Shown here: piece by piece, positions 57,930 through 64,000 of the stretch | Position numbering within the stretch: the stretch's first letter is position 1 | Layout: each line of letters begins with the position of its first letter | Origin: an uncultured bacterium | Lineage (GTDB): Bacteria; Krumholzibacteriota; Krumholzibacteriia; WVZY01; JAKEHA01 | Direction of reading: 5' to 3' | Length of the DNA: 64,000 nucleotides | NCBI GenBank assembly: GCA_964588695.1 | Contig: CAZPQK010000016.1 | Span: 95-64,094, forward strand | Notes under the pieces: model-generated | Databases searched by the model: none | What the model was told of the DNA's origin: nothing | The model's input: the letters and a program-made list of their open reading frames with translations, nothing else | Translations under genes and position numbers: made by a program

Positions 57930-58280
57930 ATGAATCGGTTTTTCTTGTTGTCCGCCGCCGCGTTCCTGCTGGCCCTGGCCGCGCTGATTGCCTTTCACAT
58001 AGGGGCGAGATCCGTTAGCGCCCAAGCGCCGGGAATCATCCAGTCGTTCGCGATCGACAACGATCAGACGTACGTCATCACCACCGATGGTAATGTGTGG
58101 GCCCGCCCACTTCGGCTAGTCGAAGAGGTTCCAGCGGATGGATGCGGCGCGGGATTGCCTTTTCAGATTGTGAAATACTGTCCGGGCTCTAGCGCGTACT
58201 TCGTTGGCAACATTTGGGATGGTGGGCCGGTCCATTTAGATGAACGTTCGCTTGGCAAGCTCAAGGGAGATTATCGGTAA
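57930..58280 (+). CDS. Small secreted protein (116 aa), paralogue of the previous gene
   Basis: Signal peptide MNRFFLLSAAAFLLALAALIA. Motifs TTDGNVWARPL / FVGNIWDGGPV parallel those of the upstream gene. GGAGG RBS. Confidence 0.45.
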   Translation: MNRFFLLSAAAFLLALAALIAFHIGARSVSAQAPGIIQSFAIDNDQTYVITTDGNVWARPLRLVEEVPADGCGAGLPFQIVKYCPGSSAYFVGNIWDGGPVHLDERSLGKLKGDYR

Positions 58281-58317
58281 TCGGACGCAACACGACTGGA
58301 GTTCTTGACTCGTGATC

Positions 58318-58377
58318 GCATTCGAAATGCGTAGGTCAACGATTCGAATCCGCTCATCGGCTCCATATCTTTCAACG
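58318..58377 (+). repeat. Degenerate duplicate of the 3' half of tRNA-Thr (att-site-like direct repeat)
   Basis: cgcattcgAaatgcgtaggtcaAcgAttcGaatccgctcatcggctccatatCtttcaac versus the tRNA cgcattcgTaatgcgtaggtcaGcgGttcAaatccgctcatcggctccatatTtttcaac. Confidence 0.7.
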
Positions 58378-58622
58378 AATTAGGTGGGTCTTCGGCGCGA
58401 ACCGTTTTCTTGTGGACTGCACCATTTGTTGCGTTGCGTTTCGAGTGCCGAGGAGGACCGCCCGGCGCTAGTGCTCCGAGTTCGGGTGGCTACCGCGCTG
58501 CGGTAGCGGTATCGGCATGGCCCGTCAATTCCTGGAGTGTGGGCATGTCAGTGCCCACCTCAACCAATGGAATGGCAAACGTTTGACAAAGATCAGGCCA
58601 TCGGACGTAAAACTTGATTGGA

Positions 58623-59672
58623 CTAATCCGATGAATTCTGCGACGTCGGTTCGACACCCTCAGCGAAGCGCGCCCTGCGCAGTTCCACAGTCCTTATCTG
58701 CGCCAACCGGTGCGTGATTAGGAATGGTAGCGGCATCTCGTGGCCATTGAAGCGCCGCATCCAATCTTTGTGGGAGGCCGCCTCATCACCGGTGTAAAAT
58801 ACAAGTCGCATGGCGCTTGGAGTGCCAAATAGCAGCCCCGAATCGTCTACGATCAAATCGGTGGATTCAACTTGAATCGGCGTTCCATCGTCCACCCGTC
58901 CGTTGACAATCGTTAGATCGAAGTAGGGCCAGAGCGTCAGAACGTACTTACTCGGCCCTTTTCTGTTGTCCAAGTAAATACATTCGCCAACGAAGACACC
59001 AACATTGTAGTCGGGCAGTATCATGTTGCCGCCGGTTTTCGATAGTCGTTTGAGATGTGCGTTGATCCGTTCTTCTTCGCGGCTGCGCAGCCGAATATCA
59101 GTATCCTGATACAGCTCATTAATAGCGTCAACAACATGCTGGATCGGGTCAAAAGCTACGATACCCAGTCGCATATCAGTCCCGTGCACTATCTCGTTTC
59201 TAATGCGTCTCATTGAGTGCAATGATTCTGCCGAACGAGTTAATAAGCCCTTCTCTTCCGCCTCATTGATTAGTTGAAAGAACTTGTTTCCGTGCTTTGT
59301 TGAACCTTTGGAAATTCCAAGCCTTTGTCGAAGCGCCATCTCAAGCGCTCGAATCGCAAGACCCAACACCTCATCAACTTGGCCGTAGTCATAGAAGGCT
59401 GTGAGCAGCATCCCGCGAGCCCTCGCGACCACATCTCGAATATGCGGCGGAACCTGTTCGAGCAATCTAAGCTCAGGTAGCGCTTGCTCGTAGGTTTCAA
59501 AAGATGAAAATCCCAGTTTCGCCCATATGGAGGCTGGTTCCGGAGAGTTCTTAGACAAAGTGCTCCTAAACGAAGATCGTTGTTCGCCAATTTCTCGATC
59601 CGCTCGGCTACCTAAGCGTGCTCTTAACTTCACCCAACGCAGAAGGGTCAGTACCGACACCAGCGGTGCCAT
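58623..59672 (-). CDS. Hypothetical protein with a DUF4145-like helical domain (R-x-x-R-N-x-x-x-H motif) and an unassigned C-terminal domain, in a lower-GC patch
   Basis: ...GLLTRSAESLHSMRRIRNEIVHG... resembles the conserved Arg/Asn...His motif of DUF4145, a domain often attached to restriction/abortive-infection proteins. Local base composition is visibly more AT-rich than the flanks. It sits next to the tRNA-associated islet. Confidence 0.45.
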   Translation of the reverse strand: MAPLVSVLTLLRWVKLRARLGSRADREIGEQRSSFRSTLSKNSPEPASIWAKLGFSSFETYEQALPELRLLEQVPPHIRDVVARARGMLLTAFYDYGQVDEVLGLAIRALEMALRQRLGISKGSTKHGNKFFQLINEAEEKGLLTRSAESLHSMRRIRNEIVHGTDMRLGIVAFDPIQHVVDAINELYQDTDIRLRSREEERINAHLKRLSKTGGNMILPDYNVGVFVGECIYLDNRKGPSKYVLTLWPYFDLTIVNGRVDDGTPIQVESTDLIVDDSGLLFGTPSAMRLVFYTGDEAASHKDWMRRFNGHEMPLPFLITHRLAQIRTVELRRARFAEGVEPTSQNSSD

Positions 59673-59921
59673 CCAAGAGGTGTTAACGCAGCTTGGTCAT
59701 CCTCGGCGTCGAGTAAAGACTACCCGCGGCTGAGGGTACCATAGTGACCTAGCACTTGAGGGGAGTCCGCATGCAACACCCATCGTCCCCCCCGCCATCC
59801 CACCAAACCGCACCCACTTACCTTAGGGCACAGCCCTTGCTCTCTACCCACGGGGGGACTCCGTTACGCGGAGCCCTTGGGCTGTAACAGACACGACTAC
59901 AACACTTTACGGAACTACACT

Positions 59922-60605
59922 ATGTACCGAAGCCATCGTCGAGCGATCAGGTTTGGTCAGGTTTTAGGCACCGCGGTAGCGGTAGCGGCCATTTTTTCCA
60001 CCGACCCAGCGGTTGCGGGACGCATCGAAGGCCGCGTGACCCTCAGCGCGCGCGGCGTTCAACGCGCCGCCCTTAATCCTTATCCGGGCGTCGCCGGTTC
60101 GCCGACCGAGAACGCCACCGCTAGCAGCGGTGCCCACGAGGTCGTGCTCTACCTTAAAGATTTCGCCACGCCCGCCGACGCGGAATCGGCGCGGCGCGAA
60201 CTGGTTCAACGCGACACCAAATTCTACCCATCGGTGATCGGCATTCCGGTCGGCGGCACCGTCGACTTCCCTAACGAAGACCTCGTTTTTCATAACGTGT
60301 TTTCGTATTCCAAGACTAAGAAGTTCGATCTCGGTCATTACGGACGCGGCAAATCCAAGAGTGTCACGTTTGACAAGCCCGGCCTGGTGAAAGTGTTTTG
60401 CGACATTCACTCGACAATGTCGGCGTTCATTTATGTCGTCGATAGCGCGGTCGTCACGCAACCCAATGCCGACGGCACCTACGCGATCGATGTCCCGGCA
60501 GGCAACTACACGCTAGTCGCCTGGCACCCCAACAGCGGCGAGCGCGAATTTAGTGTCACAGTTGGAAACAAACCCGCAAAGGTCAACGTCGACATTTCGT
60601 TGTAA
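59922..60605 (+). CDS. Secreted cupredoxin-like (type-1 copper site) protein with a C-terminal carboxypeptidase-regulatory-like beta-sandwich
   Basis: FHNVFS...VKVFCDIHSTMSAFIYVVD gives the His...Cys-x2-His-x2-Met ligand set of Cupredoxin_1. C-terminal GTYAIDVPAGNYTLVAWH is a CarbopepD_reg-like motif. Start trimmed to ATG 59922. Confidence 0.7.
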   Translation: MYRSHRRAIRFGQVLGTAVAVAAIFSTDPAVAGRIEGRVTLSARGVQRAALNPYPGVAGSPTENATASSGAHEVVLYLKDFATPADAESARRELVQRDTKFYPSVIGIPVGGTVDFPNEDLVFHNVFSYSKTKKFDLGHYGRGKSKSVTFDKPGLVKVFCDIHSTMSAFIYVVDSAVVTQPNADGTYAIDVPAGNYTLVAWHPNSGEREFSVTVGNKPAKVNVDISL

Positions 60606-60611
60606 CGTACT

Positions 60612-62489
60612 ATGCTTCGATTTGGCTCGCTTCGAACACGGATTCTAATCCTTACCACGGTGCCGGTGTTAACGGTGCTGGTCGCAACGTTGCTGACCAC
60701 GGCTAACACCGCGCAACTGACCGTCGACCGAAGCGTCAAAAAGAGCCTTCGCGAGGCGTCTTCTGTGTTTGTTCGCCTGGTCTCCATCAAGCGAAACGAA
60801 CTCGCTAGCATGGCGCAAGTCACTTCGCGCGACCCGCGCTTCTTTGCGACTTTCTCTATTCCCGCCGAAGACCGCGGCCCCGAGTTCGGGCCGACGGTAG
60901 AAGGCATCGCGTTTGATTTCTTAGAGGTCACCAGCGCCGACTTTCTGCAGGTGTTTGGCACCGACGGCAAGCTGATCGCACATGTCGACCGCTTCGGCCA
61001 GACCCGCAACGACGTATCGGCCGAACGCGCGGGGCAAACCGCCATCACGCGCGCGCGTCGCGGCATTCCGTCGACCGACGCGTATCGCGAAGGCGATCGT
61101 CTGGCCCTCGCGGCGGTCTCGCCGGTGTTCGTTACCGACCGGCTGGAAGCAATCGTCCGGCTGGGCTCGTACCTGGACCACGACTTTCTTAGTGAAGTTC
61201 GCCGACTCACCGGTTCCAACGTCGTGTTGACCGCGGGCGGCGAAGAAATCGCATCGACGTTTCCTGCCGACGAAAACTTCGTGTGGCCGATGGCACCCGA
61301 AGGCGACCCAACGACCGCCGACCAATCGGCGACGGTCTCCGACGCCGTGACATTTACGCGCAACGACGTCGACTATTTGTCCACGCACATTGCGATCGCC
61401 GGCGTATCGCCTCAGGATGGGTTTGGGGTTTGGGTGGGTCGCGAGCTCAAAGAAGAGATGGCTCCCCTACTCGCGTTGGAGTGGCGGCTTGCGTTGGGTG
61501 GGTTGCTGGCGGTGCTTATAGCGCTGGGCATTGCCTGGCTGGCCGCCGACAGTATCACACGTCCGCTGTCGACAGTCGTCGCCGCTAGTAAAGCACTGCG
61601 CGCGGGTAACTACGATCACCCCATTTCGCCCAGCGGCAACGACGAAGTCGCAGCGTTGGCGCAGGACTTTGCCGACATGCGGTCGGCGATGCGCTCGTAC
61701 GTCGATCACCTGAAAGAGGTCGATCAAGCCAAGAGTAACTTCATTGCACTGGCCGGACACGAACTCCGGACCCCGCTCACCATCATCAGTGGGTTCAACG
61801 AAATGATCGCGTCCGGTTCGCTGGGAGACGTTCCCGGGAAAGTCAAAGAAACTGCGAACGTTATTAGCGACCAACTAACCGGCCTCAACCGACTCGTGCA
61901 GAACATGCTCGACCTGACCAATTTTCAGGAGGGCCTTTACGAGTTTTCGGTGGCGCCGTTTGACATGTGCATGTTTGTGCGCGACATCCGCAATACTTAT
62001 GACCGCGCGTGCCAGCAACGAAACCTAACGCTCAATGCACACACGCCTGACCACCCGATCATGGTCAACCTCGACGGCAATTACATTCACCAGGCCGTCG
62101 GTCACCTGTTGGACAATGCGATTCGTGCGACCGAAGACGGCGGCAGTATCACCGTCAGTGTTCGTGCCGACGACACTCACGCGCACCTCACCGTGCGCGA
62201 CACCGGCGTCGGAATCTCTCCGCACGAAGTGCAGTGGATCAGCAAGGAAGCGTTTGTCGACGTCGGCGACGTGATCAATCACTCGTCGGGACGCCACCGC
62301 TTTGGCAGCAAGGGATTCGGGCTCGGCCTGGCCATTACTAAAGCCATCATCAACCGTCATAACGGCGTTCTTCGGGTTGCCAGCACGCCGGGAATTGGCA
62401 GCGAGTTCACGATCGTTGTACCCCGCCACAACAGCTCAACCGCCACCGAAACCGAGACCACGAAAGTAACCGAAGGAGTTCTGGTATGA
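60612..62489 (+). CDS. Sensor histidine kinase (periplasmic sensor domain, TM, HAMP, HisKA, HATPase_c)
   Basis: TM1, ~270-aa periplasmic domain, TM2, HAMP (...DEVAALAQDFADMRSAM...), H-box SNFIALAGHELRTPLT, then N, G1 and G2 boxes (...DNAIRAT..., ...DTGVGIS..., ...GFGLGLAI...). Confidence 0.85.
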   Translation: MLRFGSLRTRILILTTVPVLTVLVATLLTTANTAQLTVDRSVKKSLREASSVFVRLVSIKRNELASMAQVTSRDPRFFATFSIPAEDRGPEFGPTVEGIAFDFLEVTSADFLQVFGTDGKLIAHVDRFGQTRNDVSAERAGQTAITRARRGIPSTDAYREGDRLALAAVSPVFVTDRLEAIVRLGSYLDHDFLSEVRRLTGSNVVLTAGGEEIASTFPADENFVWPMAPEGDPTTADQSATVSDAVTFTRNDVDYLSTHIAIAGVSPQDGFGVWVGRELKEEMAPLLALEWRLALGGLLAVLIALGIAWLAADSITRPLSTVVAASKALRAGNYDHPISPSGNDEVAALAQDFADMRSAMRSYVDHLKEVDQAKSNFIALAGHELRTPLTIISGFNEMIASGSLGDVPGKVKETANVISDQLTGLNRLVQNMLDLTNFQEGLYEFSVAPFDMCMFVRDIRNTYDRACQQRNLTLNAHTPDHPIMVNLDGNYIHQAVGHLLDNAIRATEDGGSITVSVRADDTHAHLTVRDTGVGISPHEVQWISKEAFVDVGDVINHSSGRHRFGSKGFGLGLAITKAIINRHNGVLRVASTPGIGSEFTIVVPRHNSSTATETETTKVTEGVLV

Positions 62490-63682
62490 AGCGGATGACA
62501 ATTGCCGCGATAATGTGTTTGGTGCTGATGCCCGCGTTTGGTATCTGCCCCGTGGTCGCGCAAGACAACCCGGTGCAGATTCGCGGGTTGGTCGACATCA
62601 TCGGTGGCGACGACGCCGACGTGCGTTTCCTGAACACCCAGAACACCGACGATTCTGCGTTCGACCCTCTGCGGGCGCGCCTGTTTATCGAAGGCAAGCA
62701 GGAGAACACCGAAGTCTACATTCAGTTCCTGTTTTCGCCGGAGAGTCGCGACGTCGATCGACTGTACGGCGCGTACGTACTGCACCGTATCTTCGACGAA
62801 AAGAATTTGTTTTTTGAGATCGGCCGCATCCCAACCCACGACGGCATCTGGGCATCCACGACGTACTCCAACAAGAATCCACTGGTGGGAACACCGCTGG
62901 GGTATTACTGGAAGAGTTCACTTCCCTATCGCAGCATGCCCAACAGCCTGGAAGAACTGGTCGCGTCGCGACTGGGCGGACAGCGCGGTGTTATGTACAC
63001 CGATTCCACCGGCGCGCAGCGCGGAACCTTTGGCCAGGCGACGCTGCTTTACGACAACTGCTGGAACAACGGCGCGTACCTGTTGGGATCGACCGACCGT
63101 TTGGAGTTTGCTGCGGGGGTGACTACCGGTACAACAGGCGCACCGGTAAACAACAATGACACCAATGAGAACATCGCGCTGCACGCCAAGGTCGGCGCAG
63201 CAGTAACTCATGGTCTTAAACTCTACCTTTCGGCGGCGCGCGGCGCGTACCTGGGTCGCGACGCGGCCCCGTATCTGGCACCAGGCCAATCCATCAACGA
63301 GTATTTCCAAACGGTCTACATCGCGAGTGCCACGTGGCAGTGGAACTATCTCACCATGTCGGGCGAACACATGTGGAATCACTATGACACGCCGTTACGC
63401 GCAGACGGACTGGGCAGCACGTCGACGTGGCTGCAGGCGGTTTATACAGTCGCTGTGGGCTGGGATGTCGCGCTTCGCTACGACGAAATCCGCTTTGAAG
63501 ATGTTACCACCACCCAAGGCACGACAACGTGGGATCAAAACGTGTACCGCTGGGAAGGCGGTATTTCGTACAAACTAAGTCGACACCTCATTGCCAAGGG
63601 TGTGGTTCAGGCCACCGACATAGGCGACGGCTATAAGCAGGGCAACATTCTTCCGACATTCCAGATGTCGTTTTCATTCTAG
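62486..63682 (+). CDS. Putative outer-membrane beta-barrel protein (porin-like)
   Basis: Signal peptide MKRMTIAAIMCLVLMPAFGICPVVAQ. Amphipathic beta-strand periodicity. C-terminal ...MSFSF (terminal Phe). Start overlaps the HK stop by 4 nt. Confidence 0.5.
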   Translation: MKRMTIAAIMCLVLMPAFGICPVVAQDNPVQIRGLVDIIGGDDADVRFLNTQNTDDSAFDPLRARLFIEGKQENTEVYIQFLFSPESRDVDRLYGAYVLHRIFDEKNLFFEIGRIPTHDGIWASTTYSNKNPLVGTPLGYYWKSSLPYRSMPNSLEELVASRLGGQRGVMYTDSTGAQRGTFGQATLLYDNCWNNGAYLLGSTDRLEFAAGVTTGTTGAPVNNNDTNENIALHAKVGAAVTHGLKLYLSAARGAYLGRDAAPYLAPGQSINEYFQTVYIASATWQWNYLTMSGEHMWNHYDTPLRADGLGSTSTWLQAVYTVAVGWDVALRYDEIRFEDVTTTQGTTTWDQNVYRWEGGISYKLSRHLIAKGVVQATDIGDGYKQGNILPTFQMSFSF

Positions 63683-63709
63683 CGGCTCGCGCCCCCTTGC
63701 GATCCGTTC

Positions 63710-63737
63710 GGGGCACCCAATTGGGTGCCCTTTTTAT
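63710..63737 (+). terminator. Rho-independent terminator after the HK operon
   Basis: GGGGCACCCAATTGGGTGCCC followed by TTTTT. Confidence 0.7.
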
Positions 63738-63848
63738 ATTGTCCAAGCTAATTCGGACACCGTGCTATACTCGCAGTCGGCGCCATTCACGGTCTGCCGC
63801 TCAATTCTTAGCAGTTCATGTTTTGCTCAACCACCGGAGAGAACGAAC

Positions 63849-64000
63849 ATGAGGCCTCACTATTGGGCAAGGGCAGCGGTAGCGTTCGGCGTCGCCGCTT
63901 TTTTTGTATCCCAAAGCACGCCGAGTCACAGCGGGCGCACCATCATGAGTCCGGCCAAGCTCAAGTCGGAGCACTTTAAAACCTACATTGCCAACCTAAG
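63849..64000 (+). CDS. Partial CDS (runs off window end), secreted protein N-terminus
   Basis: ATG at 63849 with GGAGAG upstream. MRPHYWARAAVAFGVAAFFVSQSTPSHS signal-like N-terminus. Confidence 0.3.
   Translation, partial: MRPHYWARAAVAFGVAAFFVSQSTPSHSGRTIMSPAKLKSEHFKTYIANL

Larger units (their letters stand above)
57184..58377 (+). mobile_element. Remnant integrated element / islet bounded by tRNA-Thr 3' end and a degenerate direct repeat of the tRNA 3' half
   Basis: The ~60-nt repeat (58318-58377) reproduces the tRNA-Thr anticodon-arm-to-3'-end plus 11 trailing nt (ccatatYtttcaac) with about 5 mismatches. This is the attL/attR-like arrangement of tRNA-targeted integrative elements. No integrase remains. 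Confidence 0.4.

Overview
This is a high-GC bacterial chromosomal segment, mostly coding and mostly on the minus strand. From left to right it holds: (1) a partial Cys-rich C39-like secreted protein, a VapBC toxin-antitoxin pair, and two copies of a ~95-bp hairpin-bearing repeat flanking a small accessory patch (TonB-C lipoprotein, VOC enzyme, secreted protein, frameshifted SIMPL gene). (2) A heat-shock / housekeeping block lepA-lepB-hemW-hrcA-grpE-dnaK, a tRNA-Sec (anticodon UCA), then ridA-glmS-glmM. (3) A methyltransferase, a 1078-aa Ser/Thr kinase-TPR protein, a sulfatase, a secreted hypothetical and a DEAD-box helicase. (4) A tripartite RND efflux operon whose outer-membrane factor carries an N-terminal periplasmic-binding-like domain. 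(5) A ~13-kb cluster of four paralogous CRTAC1-type (FG-GAP repeats + ASPIC/UnbV) secreted proteins mixed with TPR proteins, an amidase-family CN-hydrolase, and an ECF sigma factor with a fused ZAS-like zinc-finger tail. One paralog is split by an in-frame TGA ahead of an ASPIC + thioredoxin-like C-terminus. (6) A DUF2892 protein, a beta-barrel OMP and a large MMPL-type RND exporter with a fused LolA/DUF1329-like C-terminal domain. (7) A bacterial histone-fold (HBb/DUF1931-like) gene, and an operon of a coiled-coil AAA+/STAND-like ATPase with an MscS channel. (8) A rhodanese lipoprotein and tRNA-Thr(CGU) followed 1.1 kb later by a degenerate direct repeat of its 3' half (remnant integration site) enclosing two paralogous small secreted proteins. 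Next to it sits a lower-GC DUF4145-like gene, then a cupredoxin-like protein / orphan sensor histidine kinase / OMP operon. No CRISPR array, rRNA or intact transposase/integrase was seen.
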